51,506 nt of DNA, from NCBI GenBank assembly GCA_963755715.1, contig CAVWLW010000062.1, positions 1 through 51,506 on the forward strand. The letters run 5' to 3'. Positions 18,093 to 29,277 of the stretch are shown here, piece after piece. Position numbers and translations under genes: made by a program. The stretch is from an uncultured delta proteobacterium (GTDB lineage: Bacteria > Desulfobacterota > Binatia > UBA9968). Under the pieces are notes generated by a model, which was not told the origin of the DNA, searched no databases, and saw only the letters and a program-made list of their open reading frames with translations. The number at the start of each line of letters is the position of its first letter. The stretch's first letter is position 1.

Positions 18093-19065
18093 ATGCCGCT
18101 TTTGCTCAGTGAGACTGACTTGGCGCCGTTGTATCGCGACCCCGCCGCGATGGATAGTTTGCTCGACCGTATCGAAGAATCTATGCGCGCGTTTAACCGC
18201 GGCGCCGTCGCCGGCCAGGTCCGTTTGGAAACGAGCCTGAGCGATCGAACAAAAAAATATCGTATCACTACTTCAGCAGTCCCAAGCGCGGGTCAGGGGA
18301 TGCGCATCAATGCGCTTTTTCGCGGCGCCAAAGATTCCTATTTTATTTTGCTCTTCGATGAAGAACGCGGCGATTTGCTGGCGCTGGTAGCCGGCGCGGC
18401 GCTCAACGTCTGGCGCACGGGCGCTCCCGCCGGCGTCGCCAGCCGATATCTCGCTCCGCCGGGCGCCGATGTGCTGGGACTCATCGGCAGCGGGCGCCAA
18501 GCGCGCGGTCAACTTTTGGCGATTCGCCGGGCTTTGCCGTCGTTGAACAACGTCAAAGTTTTTAGTTCGACCGAAGCGCACCGCGAGAGCTTCGCCAAGG
18601 AAATGAGCGTTTGGCTTGGCATCGATGTCGAAGCGGTAAATAATCCGCGCGCGGCGGTCGAGCATGCGCCGATCGTTAGCATTGCAACCAGCACTCGTTC
18701 GCCAGTCATCGAGCCCGAATGGGTTCGGCCCGGCGCCTTGGTCGTATCGATTACGAGCGGGCAACTGCCGCGCGCGACGATTACAAATTCGCGCGTGATC
18801 GTGTCCTGGAAAGAGGAAGTGCTCGGCGGCGAAGCGCCGCGGCAGCCCTACGCCGGTATGATCGCCGACGGCTCCTGGTCGGCCGACCAAATCGCCGGCG
18901 AGCTTGGCGATGTGCTGCTCGGAAAAATTCCAGCGCGGGTCAGCGAAAACGACACGATCGTTTTCGAATCGGTCGGCATGTCTTTGTGGGACACCACGGC
19001 CACGGCATGGGCTTATCACTGGGCTTTGGAACGAAGGCGTCGGACGCCAATTTTCGCTGGCTTAG
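18093..19065 (+). CDS. Ornithine cyclodeaminase / mu-crystallin family protein (probable +1 frameshift near 19035)
   Basis: WRTGA, GLIGSGRQA Rossmann motif, ELGDVL.GK..R, FESVG.S.WD; the shifted frame gives the typical end GVGRQFSLA* and removes a 170-nt convergent overlap. Confidence 0.85.
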
Positions 19066-20460
19066 GGCGTCGATTGCGCAGGAAAGTTATTTGTCACAAA
19101 TTTCGGCAAAAAATCTTCCAGACGAATTTTTTTCATCACTTCATCCGGCACTCTCAGCTCCGGGGCGAAACCCGTGAGCGGTTTCGTCGCATCCAAGCCC
19201 ATTTTTGCGTTGACGCCGCCGGGACCGGCTGACGGATCGAGCTCGCTGCCCTGGGCGTTCGGGATCACCACCAAGCCGTGATCGGCTTGAAAGCGATTCG
19301 ACACCGCCCAGAGGACCTGTTCTTCATCGAAGACGTCGATGTCGTCGTCGACCACGATCACATGTTTCAGCAGCATGTCCGACGCGAAGGCGGCGCAGAT
19401 CGCGTTCTTCGCCTGACCGGGCGTGCGCTTGGCAATTGAAATATAGGCGTGAAAGCGGCAGTTGCCCGACACCGGCATGCAGACATTTTTCACCGTCGGC
19501 ACGGTTTGGCGCACGGCTTTGATCAGCGCGGCTTCGCGCGGCACCGCGCCCATCAGCTTGTGCTCGGTGTAGCCGGCGTGCACGTCCTGAAAAATATAAT
19601 TCCTGCGATGCGTGATCGCGGTCACTTCGATCACCTGACGATCATCTTTGGAGACTGCGTGGCCGGTGAATTCGCCGAACGGACCTTCTTCGCGCCGGAC
19701 ATCGGGAAGAATTTTTCCTTCGATCACCATCTCGGCGTCGGCGGGAACCAAAATCGGCACCGTCTTCGCTTTCACGACGCGCAGCGCTTCTTCCATCATG
19801 CCGCCGATGACCGCGTATTCGTCTTCCGTCGACGGCGTAAACGCCTGCGCGCCCAAGGAGAACAGCGGATGAACGCCGATAACGATCGCGATGGGAAGCG
19901 GCTCTTTGCGCCGTTCCAATTTGTTGTGCAGCGTCCAGAGATGACGGCCGACCGCCATGAAAATGCGCAGCTCGCGCTTGCGCGCCATCATGAGCCGGTT
20001 ATAGCTGGTGTTTCTCACGCCGCTGTCGGGATCGGCGGCCACGACGATGCCGGCGGTGATATACGGCGCCGCGTTTACGTCATAGTGAGTCAGCAGCGGC
20101 ACTTTTGTCAGATCCACATCAGCATCGACCTTGACGACTTCGTGCACCGGCGCATCTTTGACTTCCACCGGCGCAATCGGCTTGCCTTGCCGCTCGGTGA
20201 ATTTCGTTGCCAGCTCTTCGGGTTTGCACTGCAAGGCCAGCGCCATCAGCTTGCGGCTCGCTTGCACATTGACCACGACGGGAGCGTCGCTGCCTTCGAC
20301 GTTCTCACAAAAAAGCAGCGGAAAACGTTTGCTGCTTTTCCAACTGAGTGAGCAGCGCCGTGATTTCGTAACGCGGCGAGATCGGTTTCGTCACACGGGC
20401 AATTTCTTCCGGCGACGCGGCTTCCAGCTCGGCGATGAAACTGCGCAGGTCTTTGGCCAC
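19062..20460 (-). CDS. UbiD-family decarboxylase (+1 frameshift near 20335)
   Basis: GTG at 20460 gives MAKDLRSFIAELE..ITALL, joining RFPLLFCENV; EGPFGEFTGH, VIVVDDDID, LDPS, KMGLDATKP. Confidence 0.85.
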
Positions 20461-20505
20461 GTTAGAATTCAGCTTTTCTGAAGAATTGACTCAAGGTCAA
20501 TAGGT

Positions 20506-21573
20506 TTATAACGCGTACAGGGCACGTGGGTTATCGTCCAGGATCTTCTTCTTGACCGGATCGGTGACAAGATCGCTCGCTCGGAAGATGTCGATGGCGT
20601 CCACTTCGCTCGACGCGTCGGTGTGGCCGTAGTCGGTGCCGATGACGACGTTATCTTCGCCGGCGTAGCGCAGAACGTATTCGAAGTCGTCGTTGGTCTC
20701 GGTGGTGACGTAGATATTGAATTCTTTGAACGGCAGCTTGGGAAAGCCTTTCGTGCCGCTGCGCCGGATCGCTTCTTTAACGACCCAGGGCACCCATTGG
20801 GCGGAAGCTTCGACAAACGCCCAACGCAGTTTCGGAAAAGTTGTCGGCACGTCGCTCATCATTAAAGACAGACAAGTGATGACCGTCGGTATACGGAACT
20901 GAGCGAAGCCGCCCATGCGATCGTAGCGCGGCTTGAATTGGTCCATCAGTTGCGGACTGCCGTTGGCGATGTGCACGGCGACGACGAGATCCAGCCGTGT
21001 CGCTTCTTCGTAGATCGGATAGAAATACGGATCCACGAGATGCTTGTCGTCTTCGAACGGGCGCAGGCTTACGGCGACGGCGCCGTTCTCCTTGGCGTAG
21101 CGCATTTGCTGGATTGCCTCGTTCAAAGTCATCGCCGGCACGACGCACGACCAGCGCAGCCGATTGTTGCCTTGTTTCCAGACTTCCGCCATCCAGCGGT
21201 TCCACGATTTGCACAGCGCGATTTCCGCTTCGGCTTTATCTGCGACCCGGGCGATCCACATGGTGTTGAAAAGAATTTGCACGTCGATGGCGAGCTTGTC
21301 CATGTGCTTCAAGCGCAGCTCGACGTCGCGCAGCTCGCGCGCCTCGGGCGCGGTTTGGAGCTCCCGTCCGGTTTGTTTGGAAAGGGCGATCAATTCCTGT
21401 TCGGTCAACGTCGGCGGGCGGAACCCGACCGATTTTCCCTCGACGAACCAGTACTGCATGTTGGAGTTGTCGACGGAGCTAAAAAGTTGCGGCCGGAACT
21501 TTTTTTCTGACGCATCGAGAAAATCCCACGTGTGTTCGGTTTCAACGACGTGGGCATCGGCATCGACAATCAT
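20506..21573 (-). CDS. Amidohydrolase_2 family protein
   Basis: DADAHVVE, AVH, GTDYGH; RBS AAGGAG before the ATG at 21573. Confidence 0.9.
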   Translation of the reverse strand: MIVDADAHVVETEHTWDFLDASEKKFRPQLFSSVDNSNMQYWFVEGKSVGFRPPTLTEQELIALSKQTGRELQTAPEARELRDVELRLKHMDKLAIDVQILFNTMWIARVADKAEAEIALCKSWNRWMAEVWKQGNNRLRWSCVVPAMTLNEAIQQMRYAKENGAVAVSLRPFEDDKHLVDPYFYPIYEEATRLDLVVAVHIANGSPQLMDQFKPRYDRMGGFAQFRIPTVITCLSLMMSDVPTTFPKLRWAFVEASAQWVPWVVKEAIRRSGTKGFPKLPFKEFNIYVTTETNDDFEYVLRYAGEDNVVIGTDYGHTDASSEVDAIDIFRASDLVTDPVKKKILDDNPRALYAL

Positions 21574-21744
21574 GGTTTGCTCCTTGAGCGAATACGTTTG
21601 CGACATATTACCAGTGAAACTGACAGCCAACTTCGGACCCATTCTACCTAAGCGAACCCACGGGTCAACCGACGCGTCCCATGCGACGAAGCCTTGCGGC
21701 GGTTTGGCGCTTTTGCGAATCGTGGCTGATGGCGCGAATTCAAA

Positions 21745-22716
21745 CTAAGGCAGAAAACTCAGGTCCATCAACTGCTGCGGCGTGAAAGTTTTTGCTTTGG
21801 GATCTTCGAGCGCTGCGGCATCGATGACCAGTTGCACGCCTTTGACGCTCACCCGGGCGTCGTCGGGCAACGTTTTCAAATTGATCTCATAGGCCTGCTC
21901 GGCGATCTGCCGATCCAAATTCTTTTGCAGTTGTAACGATTTCTTGACGGCTTCTTCTTTGTGCGTCTTGTGATAGCGGATGGCATCGACGTAGGCCCGC
22001 AAAAACCGGCGCAACATTTCCGGCTGATTCTTTAACGTGTCTTCGCGAGCGATGACAGCGATGTGAGCGTACTCGATGTCCTTATCGATGAAATCGAGCA
22101 GCAAATTGTAACCGAGTTTGCGCGCGACCATCGCTTGTTCGAGATTAAAAAAAGTCGCATCGATGACGCGGGCGCGCATGGCGTTGAGCCGGGCGTCCGG
22201 ACTTCCCGACTGGATGATCGTGAGATCGGTCTTGGGATTCAAGCCGAACTCCGCCGCTGCCAACCGGGCGATAAAATCGGTATTGCTGCCAAATCGGGTT
22301 ATGCCGAGCTTCTTGCCTTTCAATTGCGCGCCATTGCGAATTTCGGGCTGAGAAAGCAAGGAGAAGGGAATCCGGTTGTTCAGGCCGGCGACGATTTTCA
22401 TCTCGGCGCCATGTAAGACGGCGTAGAGCATCGGCGTCGCACCGCCGAGCAGGAGATCCAAGCTCTTGCCGAGCAATGCCTGTATGGATGTCGAGCCGCC
22501 GGTAATTAGCACCGGTTCCAAGTTGAATCCGTGCTTGGCAAAAATCCCGGCATCGCGGCCGACATAAAAGGGCACCTCGCTGGTAAGACCATTGTGGCCG
22601 AGCCGTATAGTGGTCAGTTCGGCTGCCCCAAGCGGCCGAAATACGGCGAGAAAAATGGAAAGCGTAAGAACAAAAGTTGCGAGATGTCCGCGTAGCCGTG
22701 CGGGAGATATTTTCAT
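21745..22716 (-). CDS. ABC substrate-binding protein, SsuA/THI5 type
   Basis: Signal peptide; GIFAKHGF, LKGKKLGITRFGS. Confidence 0.85.
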   Translation of the reverse strand: MKISPARLRGHLATFVLTLSIFLAVFRPLGAAELTTIRLGHNGLTSEVPFYVGRDAGIFAKHGFNLEPVLITGGSTSIQALLGKSLDLLLGGATPMLYAVLHGAEMKIVAGLNNRIPFSLLSQPEIRNGAQLKGKKLGITRFGSNTDFIARLAAAEFGLNPKTDLTIIQSGSPDARLNAMRARVIDATFFNLEQAMVARKLGYNLLLDFIDKDIEYAHIAVIAREDTLKNQPEMLRRFLRAYVDAIRYHKTHKEEAVKKSLQLQKNLDRQIAEQAYEINLKTLPDDARVSVKGVQLVIDAAALEDPKAKTFTPQQLMDLSFLP

Positions 22717-22830
22717 GACGACTCTCAGGCCCGGAGGTTATCTGATTTCCTCGCCCGCAGGCAACAGTGAATTTTTCTGCGCCTGGGGTTTGTGGTACGT
22801 TGGCAGTATCGATCGAGACAAGGAGTAAAC

Positions 22831-24297
22831 ATGTTCGATAGCTCGAAGATTCAATCTCATATCGCTTTCACCGATCTGCGCCAGTGGATAAGCGAAGCTG
22901 AAAAGCTCGGCGAATTGAAGACCGTTCTCGGCGCGTCGTGGCAGGAAGAAATCGGTTTGGCGACGGATGTCGTAGTTCCTCCGGACGACGGGCCGGCGGT
23001 GCTTTTCGACGAAGTGCCCGGTTGCCCGAAGGGGTTTCGCCTGCTGATCAATTGTTTTGCCGGCAAGCGGCGCGCCATGACGCTCGGGTTTCCTCAAGGT
23101 TTGACCAAGCAGGAGTTGAGCGACGCCTATTTCTCGCACTACCAGAAAGATCCCAAACATATCCCACCGGTGATCGTCGATGACGGGCCGATTTTCGAGA
23201 ATACTCTCAAAGGCGACGATATCGACATTCTCAAATTTCCCACGCCGGTCTGGCACGTCAACGACGGCGGCCGCTACATCGGCACGGGCTGTTTTTCAGT
23301 TACGATGGACCCAGACGAAAAGTGGATAAACGCAGGCTGCTACCGGGCCATGATTCAAGATCAGAAAAGCGTCAGCCTGCTGATGGTTCCAGGCAAACAT
23401 GGCTACATGCATCGCGAGAAATATTTCAAACGCGGCGAGAAAATGCCGCTGGCGCTGGTAATTGGCGGCGATCCGCTATTTTTTTTCATGGCGGGAACCG
23501 AGCAGCCGTATGGGCTCTGCGAATACGACATCGTTGGCGGCATGCGCCGAAAGCCGGTCGAGTGCGTGCGCGGAAAGATCACAGGTCTGCCGTTCCCGGC
23601 CAATTCAGAAATTGTTTTCGAAGGATTCCTCAATAACGACAACCGCAAGTTCGAAGGTCCGTTCGGCGAGTGGACCGGCTATTACGCGTCCGACGAGAGC
23701 GCCCAGCCGGTATTGGAAATCGAAGCGATCTATCATCGCAACGACCCGATCATTCTCGGTGTGCCGCCCATCGGCGGCGGCTCGGACGAGATGGCGCGCT
23801 ATCGCGCGATCATGCGCTCGGCGATGCTCAAGCAGCAACTCCAAAGCGCCGGCGTGCCTGACGTGACGCAAGTGTGGTCGCACGAGATCGGCGCGTCGCG
23901 CATGCTGATCGCGCTCGCGATCAAGCAGCGCTACGCAGGCCACGCCAAACAGGTCGGCGTGCTGGCGGCGAGCTGCGGCGCGAGCGTTTACGGCTGCAAA
24001 ATGGTCATCGTCGTCGACGATGATATCGACGTTTCCAATCTGGATCAGCTCATGTGGGCGATGCTGTCGCGCTACGATCCGGCGACTTCGGTGGACATCT
24101 TGCGCCGCATGCGCAGCACGCCGGCCGACCCGCGGCTCACACCCGAGCAGCGTAAGGTCCGCGACTTTACCAACTCGCGCATGGTCATCGACGCCACGCG
24201 GCCCTACGAATGGAGAGACAAGTTTCCGAAGGTCAACGCGCCGAGCCAGGAGGTTACACGCAAAGCGCGCGAAAAGTTTGGTTATCTGTTGAAGTAG
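22831..24297 (+). CDS. UbiD-family decarboxylase
   Basis: DLRQWI, DGGRYIGT, NAGCYR, EGPFGEWTGYY, VIVVDDDID, IDATRP; RBS AAGGAG. Confidence 0.92.
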   Translation: MFDSSKIQSHIAFTDLRQWISEAEKLGELKTVLGASWQEEIGLATDVVVPPDDGPAVLFDEVPGCPKGFRLLINCFAGKRRAMTLGFPQGLTKQELSDAYFSHYQKDPKHIPPVIVDDGPIFENTLKGDDIDILKFPTPVWHVNDGGRYIGTGCFSVTMDPDEKWINAGCYRAMIQDQKSVSLLMVPGKHGYMHREKYFKRGEKMPLALVIGGDPLFFFMAGTEQPYGLCEYDIVGGMRRKPVECVRGKITGLPFPANSEIVFEGFLNNDNRKFEGPFGEWTGYYASDESAQPVLEIEAIYHRNDPIILGVPPIGGGSDEMARYRAIMRSAMLKQQLQSAGVPDVTQVWSHEIGASRMLIALAIKQRYAGHAKQVGVLAASCGASVYGCKMVIVVDDDIDVSNLDQLMWAMLSRYDPATSVDILRRMRSTPADPRLTPEQRKVRDFTNSRMVIDATRPYEWRDKFPKVNAPSQEVTRKAREKFGYLLK

Positions 24298-24328
24298 AAA
24301 TCAAGAAGAATTAACCACAGAGACCGTA

Positions 24329-24360
24329 GTGTAGGGGCGCAGCATGCTGCGCCCCTACAC
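24329..24360. repeat. GTAG-type REP, perfect 32-bp palindrome
   Basis: GTGTAGGGGCGCAGCA|TGCTGCGCCCCTACAC. Confidence 0.85.
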
Positions 24361-24392
24361 GCCACCCGGCCGTCAGCAAGAAACACATTTCC

Positions 24393-25388
<996 letters not shown>

Positions 25389-25493
25389 AACCAATCTTGC
25401 CAGTCGTTGCTTCGGAAAAAAGTTCAAAGATTCGAGATTGAGAGCGCTCGTGCCGTTCCACGACTAATTCACTAACACGATCACGTATCACGT

Positions 25494-26012
25494 TCAGAGT
25501 GATTCCGGCGCGGGCATGATCTCGCGGCATTTTTTGCACGTGCGGAATTCTTCGCTATCGAAAAAGCGCTTGTACGCTTTCGAGACGGGGTCGAGCGCGT
25601 AGTCTTCCACGATGAAGCTCTCTTCGTGCAAGCGCGTATCACACTTCGGGCAATACCAGTGAAAACGGTCAATCTCGCCGTCTCGTCTTTTTCGTTCTGA
25701 GATCAGCGCAAAGGCGTCCGGCGCGAAGCGCGGCGAGTGGGGCGTTCCCGCGGGCGTGTGGATGATCGAGCCTTCGGCTATCCGCGCCACGTCTTCTCTG
25801 CCTTCCGGCGTGCGGTAATGCAGGCGCATTTCGCCCTTGATCATCTGCATGGTCTCGTCGCTCGGATTGATGTGAAACTCGCTCCGATATTCACGCCCGC
25901 GCGCCAGAAAAACCAAAGTGTCGGAGTGCTGCCAGAGCACGCTTACGCGCTTGCCGGTCTCGATGAGCTCACGCCCGCGCTCGAGCAGATTGACTATAGG
26001 CATGGAAAACAT
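25494..26012 (-). CDS. nbaC: 3-hydroxyanthranilate 3,4-dioxygenase-like cupin
   Basis: R.EFHINPSDE, PHSPR, ERKRR, WYCPKC...RTCKKC rubredoxin-like site; RBS GGAAGGGAG. Confidence 0.75.
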   Translation of the reverse strand: MFSMPIVNLLERGRELIETGKRVSVLWQHSDTLVFLARGREYRSEFHINPSDETMQMIKGEMRLHYRTPEGREDVARIAEGSIIHTPAGTPHSPRFAPDAFALISERKRRDGEIDRFHWYCPKCDTRLHEESFIVEDYALDPVSKAYKRFFDSEEFRTCKKCREIMPAPESL

Positions 26013-26217
26013 CGGCGACTCCCTTCCGGTAAAAAAATCTCTTGTCCCTAGCATGCAGCGAAGGCGAGATGACTGCAATGGTTGAGTGATGGACATCGGG
26101 CAGTTTCATTCTTGCCAAGCTCCCTGGGTTTTTTAAACGGCCTAGACGAAAGTCGAACAGCTCGCGACGATCGCTAATCCCTTCGATGGCTTTGAAAGTT
26201 GGACGCGGTCGCGTAAG

Positions 26218-27519
26218 ATGAAAAATACCAACTCCGTCGTTAAGCCGAACATGCCAAACCTCCGCGATCTGCGAACGCTCCGCTCTCTTAAGCATCGAAA
26301 TTTCCGTCTGCTGTTGGAAGGCGCGCTGATCTCCAGCTCCGGCGACTTCATGCAGAACGTGGCGCAAAGTTGGCTGGTGTGGCACGTCTCGAATTCGCCC
26401 GTCGCTATCGGCGTCATCGCTTTTTTTGACACGTTGCCGCGGTTGTTGGTCGGCGCCGTGGGCGGCGCCATCGCCGACCGATTCGACCGCAGGCGCGTGC
26501 TGATGATTACGCAGACCGCGGCGATGATCCAAGCGATCATCTATTGGCTGCTGGTACAGTTTGAAGTGATCGAGTTGTGGCATATAGCCGTCTTGGCATT
26601 TTTTCTCGGCATCGTGAACACGATCAATCAGACGTCGCGCCAATCCTTGGTCAATAGCCTCGTGCCCAAAGAGGAGCTGCTTAATGCCATCGGGTTACAA
26701 TCTTCGGTGTTCAACTTCTCAAAAATTTTGGGACCTTCGGCCGGTGGATTGATCATCGCGTCGGTCGGCATCGCCGGGTGTTTTTTGGTTAACGCAATCA
26801 GTTTCGTGTTTCTGCTTTTCAACCTTTACCTGATGGAGTTGCCACCCTGGGAAAAGCGCAAAGATGAACAGAATATGTGGGCCGACGTCAAGGAAGGGTT
26901 TAGCTATTTGCTGAGCAACCGGCGCCTGCTCTATATCGTCGGTTTGTCTTACGTGATCGCCACCTTCGGCGCTCCATACAATCGATTTGTGCCGATCTTT
27001 GCGACCAATGTTCTGCACGTCGGCGCGTCGGGCTTTGGCTTGCTCATGTCCGCGCCTGGAGTCGGTGCCACGGTGGCTGCTTTGGTGCTGGCCTCGGTGA
27101 ACAAGCTCCGCGTCGGAGTCCGCTCCATTTGTTTCAGCTCTTTGGGTTTTGCGGTGTCTCTTGCTTTATTCGCCTTCTCTCACAATTTCGTTTTGTCCTT
27201 TCTCTTTTTGGCGATGATAGGCTTTTGCCAGATCTCAGGACGGGCACTTTCCAACACGGCGATTCAAACCGCGACGCCGGATAATTTGCTGGGACGGGTA
27301 TTGAGTCTGTTCTTTATGGATCGCGGACTGTGGTCGCTGGGCAGCATGCTCATCGGCGCCTCGGGGGCGGCGATTGGCATGGATTGGACCTTCGCCATCT
27401 GCGGCGCGGTTTGCGCGATCACCGCGATGACGCTGCTGATCGTCAGCCGTAGATACCGAGCCGAGTTAGCGCGTCAGCGCGTAGATCTTAGCGCCATCAC
27501 GCAACAATCGGATCTGTGA
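26218..27519 (+). CDS. MFS transporter (MFS_3/EntS-like)
   Basis: SLKHRNFR, GGAIADRFDRRR, LLGRVLS. Confidence 0.88.
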   Translation: MKNTNSVVKPNMPNLRDLRTLRSLKHRNFRLLLEGALISSSGDFMQNVAQSWLVWHVSNSPVAIGVIAFFDTLPRLLVGAVGGAIADRFDRRRVLMITQTAAMIQAIIYWLLVQFEVIELWHIAVLAFFLGIVNTINQTSRQSLVNSLVPKEELLNAIGLQSSVFNFSKILGPSAGGLIIASVGIAGCFLVNAISFVFLLFNLYLMELPPWEKRKDEQNMWADVKEGFSYLLSNRRLLYIVGLSYVIATFGAPYNRFVPIFATNVLHVGASGFGLLMSAPGVGATVAALVLASVNKLRVGVRSICFSSLGFAVSLALFAFSHNFVLSFLFLAMIGFCQISGRALSNTAIQTATPDNLLGRVLSLFFMDRGLWSLGSMLIGASGAAIGMDWTFAICGAVCAITAMTLLIVSRRYRAELARQRVDLSAITQQSDL

Positions 27520-27883
27520 CCGGTATGTGACTGGGAATCTTCGGCACGCGGGTTCTCGGCTTGCCGTCGACCCCCGAGTTGCCGGCGCCGAGCAGCAGCA
27601 TTCTCCCCGTGCCCGTGTTGCAGAGCTGGTAAGCCTCGCCGGATTGGAGCAGCACCGTGTCGAACTGCTTCAGAACAAACTCTTTGTGGGGAGTGCGGAT
27701 GGTGCACTCGCCTTCGAGCAACATGAAAATATGATCATCGTTATCATGGTAGTGCATGTCGTCCTGGAGCCGGCCTTCGCAATTGATCACCCAAAAATAC
27801 GCAAGATCGGTTCTCCACATACTCAGGTGATTGATGCCCGGGTTGGCGTTGGCTTCCTTAACGGGATTTTTCATCTCGACCAT
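27497..27883 (-). CDS. Cupin domain protein
   Basis: MHYHDNDDHIFMLLEG...YQLCNTG. Confidence 0.8.
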   Translation of the reverse strand: MVEMKNPVKEANANPGINHLSMWRTDLAYFWVINCEGRLQDDMHYHDNDDHIFMLLEGECTIRTPHKEFVLKQFDTVLLQSGEAYQLCNTGTGRMLLLGAGNSGVDGKPRTRVPKIPSHIPVTDPIVA

Positions 27884-27908
27884 GGTGTTCCTCCTTTAAG
27901 TTAAAACT

Positions 27909-27944
27909 GGTTCAAATCGTTCAAGCCGTTCAAAAGGTTCAAAG
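27909..27944. repeat. Short tandem GTTCAA repeat, 4 units with 9-bp period
   Basis: GGTTCAAATC GTTCAAGCC GTTCAAAAG GTTCAAA; related TTGAAC/TGGAAC units near 46085-46149. Confidence 0.6.
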
Positions 27945-27980
27945 TGTTTTGAATCTCGTTACGCTTTCGGTTCGACACGG

Positions 27981-28253
27981 TTAATCATGCTTTCTCGGCG
28001 GCCTTTCCTTGGGTTTTACCAGCCGTCCGTGTGTGCCGTCGCAGTAAGGATGATCTTTCGACTTCCAGCAGCGGCAGATGGCGATGGTCTCCGGTCGTTC
28101 GAGCTCGAGAACAAACGGCTGGATGTTGGTTGCCGCGTGTGATCCGTCGCAAAACGGCAAATTCTTGCTTCGAGTGCAGCGGCAGTAGGCGACGCTTTTC
28201 GATACTTGTTTAACGATCGTCGGTTCGATGAGGTCGTCGTAGGATAGCGTCAT
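27981..28253 (-). CDS. Tandem CDGSH [2Fe-2S] protein (MiNT/CISD3-like)
   Basis: CRCTRSKNLPFCDGSH and CRCWKSKDHPYCDGTH. Confidence 0.92.
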   Translation of the reverse strand: MTLSYDDLIEPTIVKQVSKSVAYCRCTRSKNLPFCDGSHAATNIQPFVLELERPETIAICRCWKSKDHPYCDGTHGRLVKPKERPPRKHD

Positions 28254-28328
28254 GATAAATTCCTTCCTGAACGGGGAATTTATTACACTTTGCTCGCCAT
28301 TGGCAAATGCGCGCTGGTCGCGTCGTCG

Positions 28329-29255
28329 TTAGCGCTGCAGCAATTTCAAGGCATTCCGGCCGAAGATGTCTTCGCGCTCCGCATCGGTGATCGGTAATTC
28401 TTCGATAATTTTCTTGGCGCGCGGCAGGAGCGGCAAAAGCGGTGGCGCATCGCTGCCGAAGAGCAACTGCTTGGCGCCGACGGTCTGGTAGGCGCACATG
28501 ACGGCCGGCGGATGATAAGCGACCGTGTCCATGAAGAGCTTTTTTAGATACTCGCTCGGACGCTTGGTGATCAGCATCGGCTCATAGGGTCCCAGGCCGG
28601 AAGCCAAGTCGCCGAGCTCATAGGCGTAGTCCATGCGGCCGATGACGTCGCAAATGCCGCCGCCGAGATGGCAGCCGACGAATTTCAGGTTCTGATGCCG
28701 TTCGAAAACGCCGCGCACGATCAACCGGGCGATGCTCAAGCACTCGTCGAAGGGCCGGCCGACGCTCGAAGCCAGCCGATAATCGCGCATGCGCTCTTCG
28801 CCGAAGCCGACCGAAGGCGCGTGCATCATGACGGGTATTCGCAAACTCGTGACCAATTCAAAGAAAGGCTGGGCCTCGTCGTCATCGGGGTAGGCGCGCT
28901 GGTGGCTCGAATTGATCAGCACGCCATGCAGGCCGTATTGCACAATCGCGCGCTCTAGTTCTTGGATAAACGGCGCGCCGCCGCAGGGCAGCGTGCTGGT
29001 AAAGACGATAACTCGGTCTTTATATTTTTGCTGGATCTCCGCGGCGTATTCGTTCCAGCGTTGCAGAAACGCCAACGACTCTTCGTTGGTTTTGTCTTTC
29101 AGATAATGAATGGTGTTGCTGACGACGCAGCGCTCGATGCCGGCCTTTTCGTGCGCTTCCAGGAGATTGTCAATCGTCAATGGAGAAGTGCCGCCCCAAC
29201 GGCGCTCTCTGGCCATTTCCGGCGGATAGACGTGAGCATGCCAATCTACAATCAT
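28329..29255 (-). CDS. Amidohydrolase_2, ACMSD-like decarboxylase/hydratase
   Basis: DWHAH, MMHAP, CHLGG, LLFGSD. Confidence 0.85.
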   Translation of the reverse strand: MIVDWHAHVYPPEMARERRWGGTSPLTIDNLLEAHEKAGIERCVVSNTIHYLKDKTNEESLAFLQRWNEYAAEIQQKYKDRVIVFTSTLPCGGAPFIQELERAIVQYGLHGVLINSSHQRAYPDDDEAQPFFELVTSLRIPVMMHAPSVGFGEERMRDYRLASSVGRPFDECLSIARLIVRGVFERHQNLKFVGCHLGGGICDVIGRMDYAYELGDLASGLGPYEPMLITKRPSEYLKKLFMDTVAYHPPAVMCAYQTVGAKQLLFGSDAPPLLPLLPRAKKIIEELPITDAEREDIFGRNALKLLQR

Positions 29256-29277
29256 TTGTGACTCCTTGAGCGCTGAA

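Noticed and set aside
19066-19232. C-terminal extension of the cyclodeaminase-like ORF overlapping UbiD
   Set aside because: Better explained by a +1 indel; the shifted frame gives a normal family C-terminus.
27909-27944. CRISPR array
   Set aside because: Units have a 9-bp period with no spacers; no cas genes. No repeat-spacer array was seen anywhere in the window.
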